From Octopus sinensis (Eukaryota): 64,000 bases of DNA. The stretch covers positions 4,092,001 through 4,156,000 of the forward strand of contig NC_043001.1 in NCBI RefSeq assembly GCF_006345805.1, written 5' to 3'. A program made the position numbers and the translations under genes. A model generated the notes under the pieces. The model made no database searches and was not told the DNA's origin. It worked only from the letters and a program-made list of their open reading frames with translations. Shown here piece by piece: positions 13,317-26,537 of this stretch. Each line of letters begins with the position of its first letter. The first letter of the stretch is position 1.

Positions 13317-13428
13317 AGGCGGCGAGCCGGCAGAATCGTTAGCACACCGGGGGAAATGCTTAGCGGTGTTTCGTCTGCTGCTACGTTCTGAGTTCAAATT
13401 CCGCCGAGGTCGACTTGACCCCCGTGGG
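13317..13428 (+). mobile_element. SINE family A, 3'-truncated
   Basis: GGCAGAATCGTTAGCAC head, GAGTTCAAATTCC B-box and GAGGTCGAC; colinear with 41505-41738. Confidence 0.85.
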
Positions 13429-13512
13429 CAAAAAGCAATATATATTTACAAATCTCTCTATCACTTTCTCCCTCTATTTCTCTCTTTCTCTCTCTCTGTC
13501 TCTGTCTCTCTC

Positions 13513-13555
<43 letters not shown>

Positions 13556-13562
13556 TATATAT

Positions 13563-13604
<42 letters not shown>

Positions 13605-14004
13605 ATGCATGTTTATGTATATATGTATGCATGTTTATGTATATAAATGTGTGTGTGTGCGCGTGTGGTGACTTTCCTGTCGTAGATGAGAGACAAGGGT
13701 GACTTGTTTATTGTGGTCTAATATTTGTACTGTAAAGTATCTCACTCTCTCCATGAAATCGACATTGTACTCATGCACAGTGTTGAAGAGATACCAGACA
13801 AACTTTTTTTAGCTCAGAATGCAACTCACCTCTGATTAAGGAGTCGAAACCACAATCTGGCGATCATTAAGGATACACAATAAACACTTAACCACGCACC
13901 ATTCATTGTACATATGTATCTATGTATGTATGCATATGTGCAGTTTTCTACGTTTTGTTTTATGCATGTTTTCTCATGGATATAGTTTCATATCTGGACA
14001 TGCT

Positions 14005-14097
<93 letters not shown>

Positions 14098-14098
14098 G

Positions 14099-14135
<37 letters not shown>

Positions 14136-14849
14136 ATATTTATGCATACATACATATCCCGGAGCTTTCTAGTAACATATCCACGCATAGTCTTCTGCTT
14201 ATATAGGCTCATCCTTTTATCCGATGATACGTTGCGGTAGCGTCATGCGAGTTCTTTGGGCAAGTATTATAGGTTATCAGCCTCATGCATGCAAATTTGG
14301 TCAAGGGATGGACTTCGACACGTGGTGATTAAAAGATGTAGCCGAAAGGATATGATGCAACATTCAAAGGCATTTTGGATCGAAGCTAAACAATATGCCG
14401 CATTGATTTCGTTTTAGGTAGAGATGGTTTGCGTCACTGTTTATGTGGGAATTGTGAGGGCTTGTTAGTATTTTTCAGCTTTTCACATCAATGGCTCAGA
14501 TCTCAAGGAGCGTCCAATCAAGCAACCCGAATGTTGGTATGAGTACTGGCACTGCAAATATTGAGGGCCACTGTTATATTGAATGCAGGGAGTTCTTAGT
14601 TCCAAATTTTCTTTATTCGATTGGAATATTCTTTAGTGCAATTTATGTACGTATGATGTCACTGTTCAGTTTTATTTCAAGATTTCTGGTCTAAATCCAA
14701 CGCTTCTTCATTGGAATTTCAACATCAACAACAGGGTATTTTTGAAGGCTTGTATGTAGGTATTTGTGTAGATTTTAATATTTTACGTTATGTAAGTCTT
14801 CTCATGAATACAATTACATATCTATACATTCTCATATATACTTAAATGA

Positions 14850-15560
14850 TCAACTTCTGGGAATTTTTACAGATCTTTACAGTTCCAGTGATAGATTGGA
14901 TCTTTAGTCTTCGGAATAGCTTTCTACTTCCTCTTTTATTTATTTTCAGAAGCTTAATTTCTCAAGATTGGTATTTAGGAGGCAGTGTGTTATATCCTAG
15001 TGCCCCATTAATTATAGCTATTAACCTGAACATGTAATCTAGATAGAATCACGGCAGACCTCTTAATAGCTCAGTGTTGGTATTGTCTTTTTCACCAATT
15101 TTCAACTTTGTGTCAACTTGCGTTGGGCTGTTAATTTCCAAAACTGTACACAGTTTCTCTTCTCTATCCAAATCATTATATCAGGTGTGATGTGCTTACA
15201 TTTTATTGAGGTTTACACTGGGACATACATTTTCTTGTCTGGCCAAATCAACAATTTTCGGCCTGTTATGCTTAAAACCTATAGAAGTTTTGAGGTGAAT
15301 GTTCTACAACTTTTCTATGTGTTGACTTGCGTCTATGTATCCAATAGCCAGGGTTTTTCTGTGTCTATTCCGGGAAAAACCGCTGTCCTTTATTTTTGAG
15401 AATGGCATTGTAAATTGTTCGCAAATAACTGTTAGGCTTTGTTTTCGTTATTTATTCCTTCTATTTTGCATATGTAAATTACAGGGATATATCGTATGTG
15501 GAGTCCCACTTGTAGAAAATAGAAATAAACAGTCTCCGACTGCTATTTCTAACTTTTTCG
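14850..15560 (-). mobile_element. Decayed LINE C-terminal restriction-like endonuclease (R4/Dong- or NeSL-like)
   Basis: The minus strand gives KCKHITPDIMIW/DREEKLCTVLEINSP (PD..E motif across a frameshift), a second KHNRPKIV, and IAIINGALGY. Confidence 0.6.
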
Positions 15561-16149
15561 GTATGCGACTAAGCAACCTGTTGCCTGCCCCTTCTCTTTA
15601 CAATTGTAAATTGTTTTGAAGACAATCTCGTGTCGCACAGAGAAGTAGTACTCTGATGACATGTTTAGGCAGTTACTATTCACGTGAAAAACGTCTTCTA
15701 CAGAAAGATGACCATCTATATTTTCGTTTGTAACTTGATGCTCTGAGGGCTCACTGTCACTTTTATTCGCTTGATATTTCGTAGCAATCTGCTGCTCTTA
15801 CACTCCAGGTGCATAGCTTTCGAAATCTCATATGATACAGTGGTCACGGATCTAAGCGAGGCTACAATTTATAGCTAGAATATTGTGCTATTCGAATCTC
15901 CGGGGAGATTTGTACACTGCCTGTATTGAAGTCCTTTACCTTCTACTTGTTTCAGGCATTAGACTGCAGCCATGGTTAGTTGAATCAATTAACCAAAGTA
16001 TGTATTTATTTTCATGGTTCGGTATTATCATATCCGTGTGCTTTGAAGAACCATGAAGTAACGGGTACTTAAAGAAAACATCGGCTATCAAGCAGGGATT
16101 TGGGATACACACACGCACGTATGTGCGTGAGTGTGTGTGTGTGTGGTGT

Positions 16150-16280
16150 TTATGAGGCTTCTTTCAATTTCCTCTGGCCAATTCCACTCACAAGGCTACA
16201 GTGGAGGATACTTGTCCAAGCTGGTACACAATGGGACTGAACGCCGAACCATATGGTTGACAGCAAACATTTTACCATAC
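16150..16280 (-). mobile_element. SINE family B head fragment
   Basis: Reverse complement of the head at 26540-26690 (GGGACTGAAC, CCACTCACAAGGC). Confidence 0.65.
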
Positions 16281-16547
16281 ATCCAGATCCGTGCCTATAT
16301 AAAAGTATGTATCTATGTACATATTCAAGTAAGTAGATATGAATATATGAACGGAAGGATTTGGAACATAAGAATCCGGCGAGATTTTCAGTCATTCGCC
16401 TAGATATTTGGTAGCCGAAAGTAAACTCAGAAACCATGAGGAGCAGAAAAAATAATACTTGTAGCAAAAGTATTTGTAGAGTATTTAAAACCAGACACTT
16501 AGATTTTCTACATACTATGTATATTTCTACATAATATTACCGGGGCG

Positions 16548-16790
16548 AAAGGTGCGAGCAAGCAAAAAATCATTAGCATACCGGTCGAAACGTTTAGCAG
16601 TATTTTTTCCGTGTGTAGGCTCTGAGTTGAAATTGCGCCGAGGTCGACTTTACCTTGATACTTTTGAAACTGATAAAACAAGTATCAATTGAACACCGGG
16701 TTTTAATCGACTTTCCCCTTGAACACCGGGATTTAATCGACTTTCCCCTTGCCCGAAATTCATGTTCGTGTGTCAAAATGTGAAACGAAT
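16548..16790 (+). mobile_element. SINE family A, diverged, with an internal 30-bp tandem duplication
   Basis: CTGAGTTGAAATTGCGCCGAGGTCGACTTT. TGAACACCGGG(T/A)TTTAATCGACTTTCCCCT occurs twice. Confidence 0.7.
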
Positions 16791-17423
16791 GAATTCGCTA
16801 ACATTGTTTCTCCATTTTGTGTTGGAGTTGTGATTGTTTTTTTTTTTAACTATAGGTCTTATCCAAAGAGTAATCCTTCCGCACGTACCATACCTCATTC
16901 ATGAACATCCACAATATCTTAACTCTACATTATTTAATCGGTTCTACTTTAATTAACAAAATATATGATTTCGGGGATATCTGGTTGCTATTTCTAGCGA
17001 AAAACGTCCCCCATTTAGAGGTATCCCATCAGAGTGGGTTAATTTCCCGCAGTTGTTCTTCTCGGGTTAATTGAAATAGCAACTCCAAATGTAATAAAGT
17101 TAATTAAAAATAAATAAATTAATACAATCTTGGCAATCCCCTGACTAATTCACGTTAGAATCAATCATACGTAATTAAAGGTAATTGCTACCTATATTAA
17201 TTACTCGACCAAAATGAACTTTTTTGCGCATTTCAAAAACAAAATAAATAATTACCTTGATTATATATTATAGGCGCAAACATGACTGTGTTTATTACAA
17301 ATTCTCTTCGCAACCAGGTCGTCTCGAGTTCTATCTCAAATATTTTCAACTGTAGTCCCAGAGTAGCCAATGCTTTGTAAATTAAGTTTGCAGAATGTTC
17401 GCCATTGCCTACCGCCTGTGTAA

Positions 17424-17470
<47 letters not shown>

Positions 17471-17647
17471 AATGTATGTATAAAATTGAGAGAAAATCCT
17501 CCATTAAGCAATTCAATAGTGAAAGGCGTTATTCACACCATATAGAAAACACATGTACTATAAAAACGTTTTTCTAAAAATCAATAAAGTACTTAATATA
17601 TATTTATATGCGTTTGCTTATTTAAATTTATGCTGAAGAGCATTATA

Positions 17648-17806
17648 ATATTGGTTTCAAATTCTGTGAAGAGGCCTGCAAAATCGAGGAAAGAGTCAAG
17701 GCCTTTACATTGCACAAACTACCATTTATTTTATTGACCCGGAAAGGAACGATGGCGAATTCGACCTGGTGGCACTTGAACACTGAAAGTAAAGACAGAC
17801 GAAATG
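17648..17806 (-). mobile_element. SINE family A, diverged
   Basis: AATATTGGTTTCAAATT tail, TCGACCTGGTGG and AGACAGACGAAATG. Confidence 0.6.
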
Positions 17807-17809
17807 CTC

Positions 17810-17948
17810 ATTATTTACATTATTTACATTTGACGGATATTTATCTCATGTTGTTCGTTGTTCACACAACAAACAAGATGAGGATCAATATCCGTCAAAT
17901 GTAAATAATGTAAATATTGTACGTAATTTCTCATCTCTTAAATATAGA
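17810..17948. mobile_element. Fold-back of the hammerhead-element tail (locus 3): inverted tail followed by forward tail
   Basis: 17810-17870 is the reverse complement of about 17866-17917. The forward arm continues TTTCTCATCTCTTAAATATAGA as at 11838-11860. Confidence 0.85.
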
Positions 17949-18019
17949 GGCTAAATACTGCTAAATATTTTCCCTGGCGTGCCGACGATTCTTGCAGGTG
18001 GTCCCTCAAGAATGATTTA

Positions 18020-18222
18020 ATATTGGTTTCAGGTTTTGCATAAGGTCTTTAATTTCAGGATAACAAATGAGTCGATTACATCCACTCCTGTGCTCAAATG
18101 GTAATTATTTCATCGACTCCAAACGAAACGAAAGCCAAAACTATCACGGCGAAATTTGAACTTAAGATTTAAAGACGGACGAAATATTGCTTTACAGTTT
18201 GCGCAGCTTTCTGACGACCTGC
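18020..18222 (-). mobile_element. SINE family A, diverged
   Basis: ATATTGGTTTCA tail, GTCGATTACATC and CGGCGAAATTTGAACT. Confidence 0.6.
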
Positions 18223-19714
18223 CACTTCGGGGACTATAACCACAGGACAGATACCGTAAAGAATTTGGAGGATATTATGAAGTTAACATTGTTATATGTT
18301 GTAGGGAAACTGACGTAAATGCACTCATATTTCGATGTATCATCTGTCTTTGCAAATGTGTGCCTGTGTGTGTATACTTGTAATACATATATACATATAT
18401 ATTTCTGATAAGGAGTGTAACAGATTTGTGTGTAATGTTAGATAATGAATTGTTTCAATAATCATTTGCCATTCTCGATGATCAAGAAATATTAGCGACT
18501 ATATTTGTAATTAACAAAGACGTCAAAAGGTTAATGAGGCACAGCTTATTATTGGACAATATGCTCGAATGTCTGTAGTGGATTTGATCTCATTTCAAAC
18601 TCTTGCCTTCTCCGTTCTCAAGATTCTGCTTTATATTTCTATAATCATAACATTAGTGTACAGCGATGTTGCTATCGTAGCGGGTGTCGTTTATTTCCCA
18701 GAGTAGCTTTAATTTAGTAGGGTAAACAGTAAAGGATTTCCAAGCCTGACCACCTGTGCTTTAGCTTGGTTGGATCTAATTATAATTGCATTTGTGTTTT
18801 CGTGCCGATTGAAACACGTCACCTATTAACTGGAAATTATTTAGTCATGCTGTTATCATATAATCCTTCGTCATTCCTAAACAACCAAACATATATTTAA
18901 AGGCTCTCCTGCCATTAAATTTCCATTCATTTTCAGAAATAAAGTAATCCTTTGACTATCGCGGGGCTTACTAACACCCAACCGCGATATGTGAAAATAA
19001 GCGAAGTAGAAACATTACTTTATATTTTTGAAATTATCTTTATAATTTGTATATATCTATTTTATTATTATAGATGTAAAAAAAAAAAACACCACAGGTT
19101 GATCGACGTAAGCTTAGATAAGAAACTACAACAGATGAACCGCGAGAGGTGCACCGCGATATGGCGAGTGTTTGCTCTAGTTCCAGAAGCAGTTCTCTAT
19201 CGAGAGAGTAGAGACCAGAGTGCAGGAGGTTTGTTTTCCTTCGTAGAAGTTTGACAAACTTATTGACGTATTTGACCATATTGACTTATTTGGCCGAGAT
19301 AATAGTATTCATTGCCAGACACTGTTCCTCGTTGACAATGAAAGGTCATTAATTTCAATACCTTTTATTTTTTACATAGATTAGAATAGCAGAGATTTAA
19401 AATTGCATCCAGGTTTCCAAAGTAATTTTCTGGATAAAGTTGATCTGTAATAGTTCAGTGCGTGCAGGAGTTTAAACACTGAAAGTTTCATATTAGAGCA
19501 TTTCAGCCTTCCTCAAATTTGTAAATAAACATTTTCTATGCTATACATTATTTCTCGGCTTTTAATAGTTTCAGCATGTGAAGTTAGTGACCTCCAGTCT
19601 TACATTATTTTGATTTCTGATTCAAATTCTCAAAGGAATTCACAGCTGATTATGCAACTCGTTTTTCTCTAGGATTTCAGAATAATAATATATTTTGAAA
19701 TTAATAATATGGTA

Positions 19715-20420
19715 TCAGCTTCATATTGCAAGGAGTTGAACGCACATTTTAGAATTTGTGCAGTGTGTTCTTTGTATTTCTGTTGTTAATCAACGCAGAG
19801 GGACTCTGTTCATAGAACCTTGCTCGAACCCCATCGGATTTCTTTATTCCACTGCTTAATTAACAAATTATCTGTTTACAAATTATTCTCCTTGCCAGAT
19901 TTTATGGGTCTTCTTTTTGGTTTTGGTTTTCTGAGATTGGAAAATGTCAAAAAATGTTATAATAAAATGTCTTTTCAGGAGTAAATCCTGAAAATGCATT
20001 CCTGTAATAATCACGTTGATAGGTTCATTTAACCTTGCTGTCACTCTGACAATAAAACTATTGTGCACGTCTGTTAACGTTAGACATTAACTAATATTAT
20101 TATTGGATGGCATAAAATTACAAGAAATTGAAAATTTCCAACTCCAAATGGAATAACTGCAAAGATGCTGTCAGTCCATGAATAGGAGCCAATTGTATTA
20201 TTCCGAAACTTTTAAAATTACCAGTCTTTAAAGGTTATATTTTCCTGTCTCTTACAAATATGTTTCTTTTAATACAGACGCAAATGCGAGACAATTTTCA
20301 ATATAGAACAGTAAAGTGAATTATTGAAAGAAAATTATAGATTAAACGAAAGTGTAAAAAGGAACCCAGATTAGTTATATTGAATCATAAGAGAGAAAGC
20401 TAAAAATGAAAGATAATTGA
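19715..20420 (+). repeat. Ancient dispersed repeat, copy 1 of 3 (others at about 22170-23020 and 27350-27710)
   Basis: Colinear shared blocks such as AATTAACAAA..TGTTTACAAATTAT, CATTTAACCTTGCTGTC, AAAATTACAAGAAA, CAAATGGAATAACT and CAGATTA...ATTGAAT.ATAAGAGA. Confidence 0.75.
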
Positions 20421-21689
20421 GTTCATGCTTGGGATTTTATGTGTAGGTGTTCCAGAGGTAGAGCCAAGGAATTTGCATCGGAACAAATTTGATTCAGATT
20501 TTCATTTAACTTCGGTAATGTACAAAATAAAAATGTAAAAATCTCGAGGAAATGCAGAATATGTATTTACACAGTTGCAGGAAATCATTCCGAAATTGTC
20601 TATAACTGAGTAGGATTCAACTCAGTGTTTTACACCAATAATGAGGCTGTAGCTTAGAAAAGTTTTGTGCATTAACCCTCTTCCTCCGTTACTTTGTTCT
20701 GCTGCAAGTTCTTCCTTTCCGCTCTAAGTTCCAAAATGTGCTGCCAAATCTCCTTTGAAACGTGTCCGAACCATTTTAAAGAAAGAGCAAATAGAGAATA
20801 TAAAGTAAACATCCCATTGTTGAGGCGAGGTTTACAGTTTGACAGTATTCCGACAGGCTTCACTAGTACCACATATCATGAAGTTTCCCTACTTGTTACA
20901 GATATTCTGAAAATTGCAAATTTACAATTATTTTGCTGCTATCGTGGTTTCAGGTTTTCCAAGTATGCCACGTGACTATCGTTCCGACATCTTTTTAAAA
21001 TAGTGTAATTTTCAATCAGGTCTAAGAGGCCACACATGTGGTATTTATGTCTTAGAGAACAATCAAATCGTGCCATTAATTTCAATAAAGTTTCAGCCAT
21101 CATATACGTAAATATGTGTGGTTTAGAGGCACGTGCGTGTATGCGCGTATGTGAGTTTTTTTATGTGTGTGTGTTTGTGTGTATTTGTGCCTCCTAAAGT
21201 TATGGTCCAGTATTAGAAATAAATGAAAGTACACCAACTCCACCAGTAATACAATGTCATCATCACGTAGAAATAATATTTGTAGACAAAAGGTTAGTTA
21301 ACACACGGTGAAATTCATAAAATGAAAGTAAAGAAATTGCGTGATTGGGAAGCTTATAATGCCAAGGAACACTTACACCCGTTCAATATCGTTGCCTTAT
21401 TGTTAGTCTGACGATCTACGCATTTTAACGTAGGCTTGTTTAATGAGGTGGTTAAAAAAATCAATCAGTTGTTTGTTTGTCAACTTTCTTTCTTCGCTAT
21501 TTGTGACCTTTTCATAGTAAATATCAAGTAGAGCGGACGTACCAAGTTCAAAATCTGCCTAGGAAGATTTGTCCTTTCATGCTTCCAAGGCTTAGAAAAT
21601 AAGTCCTAGCTGAGCCCTGGTCTGCATGCAATTGGATTCTCCGTTCCCCAAAGTTACTGGTCTTGAGTAAAAGGTATAGAACCAACATT

Positions 21690-22078
21690 ATTCTTTTCTG
21701 CTCTAGGCACAGAGCCCGAATTTTGGAGGGAGGAAGCCAGTCGATTAGATCGAGCCCAGTACGCAACTGGTATTTAATTTATCGACCCCAAACGGATGAC
21801 AGGCAAAGTCGACCTCGGCGGATTTGAACTCAGAACGTAGCGACAGACGAAATACCTATTTTTTTTTACTAAACACAGAGGGGACAAACAACGAAGGACA
21901 AACGGATTAAGTCGATTATATTGACCCCAGTGCGTAACTGGTACTTATTTAATCGACCCCGTAAGGATGAAAGGCAAAGTCGACCTCGGCGGAATTTGAA
22001 CTCAGAATCTAACGGCAGACGAAATACGGCTACGCATTTCGCCCGGTGTGCTAACGTTTCTGCCAGCTCGCCGCCTTA
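21690..22078 (-). mobile_element. Head-to-tail dimer of SINE family A
   Basis: A full copy at 22078-21857 is followed by a head-less copy at 21856-21690 that starts at GGTATTTCGTCTG and has a different tail. Confidence 0.9.
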
Positions 22079-22169
22079 TAGCACCAATATTGTTATCATC
22101 GGTGTTTCTTCGTTTCTGTTCACCGTTGTTGTTGTTCTATTAATACTCATCACAATCACCTTTAACAGC

Positions 22170-22777
22170 ATCTCCATATTTCAAGATACACAGAATATCT
22201 AAAATACTGTGCAGTGGATTCATACTAATCATTTCAATATGTGCATTGGCAATGTACACGAAGAAAAATTATTAACTCCATTGTTTTCCCTTTATTATTC
22301 TTGCGCAATTAACAAACTATTTGTTTACAAATTATTTCCTTTATTCGATTCCATTTACTTTTGTTTTTCCGATATTTGAAAATGTCAGTTAATCTGCAAA
22401 ATGAAATGTGTTTTGAGGTGGAAAAATCCTGAAATTCCATTCGTATAATAGTTTTGTTGTTAGGCTCATTTAACCTTGCTGTCTCTCTGTAACAATAAAC
22501 CTATTGACGGTGTCCATTTAAGTTAAACTCGAACTAATATCTTTATGGGAAGAATAAAATTACAAGAAACTCAAATCTGTCAATTCACAAATGGAATAAC
22601 TAAAAAACTCCGTCAAGCAATTACGTCATTTCATAACTTTTAAAATCACCAATTCTTAAGGGTTGTATTTTTACTCTTCTTTTCTCCTTCATTCTGTTTC
22701 TCGCATACCAACTCTCCTTCAAACATTTCCCCCCCTTTTTCAAACTCCCTCTCACCAGCTCTCTCTCTCACCTTGTC

Positions 22778-22809
<32 letters not shown>

Positions 22810-23020
22810 ACTCTCTTACTCTCATACTCTCGGTGTTGTATTTCAATTTTTATCTGAGAAAATGAAAGGCATCTGTGAATTTGGAATAGTAATATGAGTG
22901 AGAAATATTATCCGAAATTTACGAAATCAATTGCTAGGTTAACTGAAATCTTCAAAATGAATTTCAGATTAAATAAATTGAATAATAAGAGAAGAAAACC
23001 AAAAACATGAGATCTATTCT
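22170..23020 (+). repeat. Ancient dispersed repeat, copy 2 of 3 (interrupted by a CT-rich tract)
   Basis: Colinear with 19715-20420. Confidence 0.75.
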
Positions 23021-23654
23021 TCGTCGTAAGTATTAAAACGACTACAAGAGTTAGATTCAGAAAATATTCAAAGATTTAACAAATAAGAATTCATATTTAT
23101 ATGGCCCTTTTTTAATGTAAGTATTGATCGTACGCATCATGTATAAAACAATGAGTTCTATAACATATAAAACATTAGAAAACAAAAATCTTTAACATAC
23201 AGAGCCATAAAATTTTAATTTGGCCTTCAGGTGCTGCTTCGCATTTCTATCTTTGATTAGAGTGTAGAATACATTCACAACTATGACAAGAACAACGGCA
23301 TTAGATAAGTGGTGATGTTTCTACAGCTGTTTATGGGTTGGTTAATATAATCATATTAATTAGCTACAGGAGTACTTCAGAGATTTCCGTCAAACTTCGG
23401 GAAATGATATCCAAACATATTTTAAAGAGAACTGTTCGAAGTGGTAGTTTGAAATGTTCGACGAAATACCCCTGAGAAAACGGTGTGCTTCCGGTTTAAA
23501 TATTCAACATCGGTACATGGCTTATCAATTTTAATCTAGTGCAAAAATTGAATATCATCTGAAAGTTACAATCAGATATTATCCTAGTTTTAACAATGTT
23601 TAATCAGATTTATTCTAGATTTAACAATGTTTTACCTCTTGTATATATGTAAAA

Positions 23655-23820
23655 TATTCCTTCCTACTCTGGGAACAAGGCCCAACATTTTTGGGGTGGA
23701 GGCCATTCGATCAAATCGGCCCCAGTACGCAACTGGAACTTAATTTATATAACCTGAAAGGCAAAGTCGAGCGCGGCGGAATTTGGACTCAGAACAGTAA
23801 GACAGACGAAATACCGCTAA
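23655..23820 (-). mobile_element. SINE family A, 5'-truncated
   Basis: CCCCAGTACGCAACTGG, AAAGGCAAAGTCGA and GGCGGAATTTGGACTCAGAAC. Confidence 0.8.
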
Positions 23821-23872
23821 ATGAGTGTGTGTTTATCTATCTCTGTGCGTCCCTCTGTTGCTCCCTCTCTTA

Positions 23873-23944
<72 letters not shown>

Positions 23945-23948
<4 letters not shown>

Positions 23949-24569
23949 CAAACTAAAGTTATTGAACAAACAAATGCAAGGTCATCCGCATAGCATTTCA
24001 TAATTCGAACATTTAATCTTAGAATATACATATAAACATCCCGCAAGATGGAAAATAATTCATCTGTACAAGCATACAAGCATATAATGATTATAATAAG
24101 GTGCGAGAAAAATTCTTTTTTTTTTTCATCACTGTTTAGAGTTAATACTTTAGCGATTCAGAAAAATACATTTTTAATAAAAAAAACCTTACAACACCTA
24201 GAAAGTAAAACTATAATATAAAGTAATATATAAAAATATATATGTATATAAAAATATATAAAATATATATATATATAGTAGCATAAAAAAATATATAATA
24301 TATATCATGTAAATAAAATAAAAGTTCATCGTTTAGAAATCTTATTAAATAATTATTCAAGTAAAAGAAGCCTTATCCCTATGGCCATTTCAGAGGTGTA
24401 TTTTTTCCCGCACCTTATTATTATCATTATATGCTTGTATGCTTGTACAGATGAATTATGTTCCATCTTGTGGGATGTTTATATGTATATTCTGTGATTA
24501 AATGTTCGAATTATGAAATGATATGCGGTTGACCTTGCCTTTGTTTGTTCAATAACTTTAATTTGATAT
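23945..24569. mobile_element. Long-TIR fold-back element (about 167-bp arms around an AT-rich core)
   Basis: 23945-24111 (ATATCAAACTAAAGTTATTGAACAAAC...) is the reverse complement of 24402-24569 with scattered mismatches. It abuts (TA)n on the left. Confidence 0.85.
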
Positions 24570-24711
24570 TTTCGTCTCTTTCAATAGAGCACTTCTATAG
24601 CAGTCCTATTAATCCTTTTGTTCCTGACAAGAACAATCACTGTATTATTGATATTGATATATATATGTATATATATATATGTATATATATATATACATGT
24701 ATATATATATA

Positions 24712-24744
<33 letters not shown>

Positions 24745-24795
24745 CATATATGCGTATATATATATATACACGTATGTATATGTAATATATATATT

Positions 24796-24852
<57 letters not shown>

Positions 24853-25270
24853 GTGTGTGTACTTGTGTGTCTGTGTCTGCGTGTATGCGTGTGTGTATAG
24901 TTGTGCATGTGTGTGGTGTGTATGTGATTTGTAGTATGTGACATGTAGTGTGTGGTATGGTAATATAAAACATAAAAAGTAATACAATTAATAATTTAAA
25001 ATAAATGATATATGGTAAATAATAAAAAAATGGTAAGATAAAGCAGCCAGGAAAAAGGTAGCGATGAAATCTGTAACAGAAATAAATACATAAAATTACA
25101 AAATGAAATAAAACAAAAAAAAAACATGAATAAAAGTCATTAAAAAAAATAATAAATAATAGCAATGTCAAAATAAATTAATGAAATAGTAACAGAATTA
25201 AATGAAAATAAAATATAAAATAAAATAAGAAATTTGAAATAAAACAGGTAAAAATTTTAAGAACAAACAA

Positions 25271-25465
25271 AAGCAGGAGGAAAGAGTGAGAGAAAGTTGT
25301 GGTGAAATAGTACAGCAGGTTTCATCACCAACCAATGCCGAAGCAACGTTGGGCTTTATTCTTTTTCGCTCAATAAACACTCATAACGCCCGGTCTAGGA
25401 ATCAAAACCGCGATCTTACGATTGCGAGTCCGGTGCCGTATCCACTGGGCCATTGAACCCCCACA
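25271..25465 (-). mobile_element. SINE family C, 5' half
   Basis: Reverse complement of 29757-29950 (AATGGCCCAGTGG A-box, GGTTT(T/C)GATTCC B-box). Confidence 0.85.
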
Positions 25466-26104
25466 CCCATTATGTAGGGCAAGGTCGAAGACGGCGATAT
25501 TAGAGGTGGAGTGGTTCGCCAAGTGAAAATGACAGGTGATGGAGGTGTTCGTATATATATATAAATCAATAAATGGTGGGGTTGTGTTGACCGCACATGG
25601 AGAAATGATAGGCAAGGAAAAATCATAAAACCGCAGAATGCTAAATTGAAGGCAAATTTTAATAAAAATGGGTGTAAGGAAAATGACAAAAATGATTCAA
25701 AAATATTAACTCTAACCGGTTTTAATCGTAAAGCAAATTTTCAAGATTTGAAAGGTGAAAAGAAAGTTTTATAATTGAGGAAGGGGAAAAAAGAAATGTA
25801 CAATGTTTTTTTCAAAAAAATAATAATAAACATATACAAAAATTAAAAAATAAGAGTACCGATACATTGTAGAGTCTTTATGTTTTTTGAATTCAATAAT
25901 AGTCCTTGAAAAATTTTCTTTGGAGGATTAAGATCCACGTGATTAAACGTGGTGCTTAGTTTAAGGTATTTGTTAAATGAATGTCAAAATGGGGTAGGAG
26001 TTATCCAGTTCCTGTGAGTAAGGGGAAACAACTCTGTGGATTTTATGCTCTTCAATTGGGATTATCAATTTTTTGTCAGATAGGATGTTAGAAAAAGAGT
26101 ATGG

Positions 26105-26400
26105 TCATCGTGGAGTTTGCATATTAAGATGCCTTTGGAATTTTTCAATAAAAGGATTCTCCTTGTTGATTCTTTCGTGTGTAGTGATTCCGTCTTTACA
26201 TTGGTAGAAAGGGGAATTTGTGAAATTCAGGATTTTTTGTCTCTAGCGCAGGAGTCTATGTGGCTACTTAGTGGAATTTGACGGTATTCTAGGATTTATC
26301 TGTTCTTTATGGACCGCTACTCTTTTACGTAAAGCAGGGCTCGTTTGTCCAACACAATTTTGTTGGCAACCGGCGCATGAGAACGTAGATGAAGTTCTCA
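26105..26400 (-). mobile_element. GIY-YIG endonuclease remnant of a Neptune-like PLE; its 3' non-coding region probably extends to about 25480
   Basis: ENFIYVL/CAGCQQNCVGQTSPALRKRVAVHKEQI/EYRQIPLSSHIDSCARDKNPEF...RINKENPFIEKFQRHLN aligns residue by residue with the translation of 48820-49113. Confidence 0.85.
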
Positions 26401-26537
26401 TTTAAAAATGACATTAAAGAATATTTGGACGGTGAGCTATTGGTATTCTGTAGTTGCTCATGTTAATGTTATATATTCAAATTATCCAAACGTCTACACC
26501 GCACCTTGAAGCTGACAAACGCATATGAGGAAAATAC

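Noticed and set aside
20693-20752. Possible 60-nt minus-strand exon EIWQHILELRAERKNLQQNK
   Set aside because: The splice signals are weak (AAAG acceptor, GTAACG donor), and the adjoining LKWFGHV motif suggests an RTE remnant instead. No homology is recognised.
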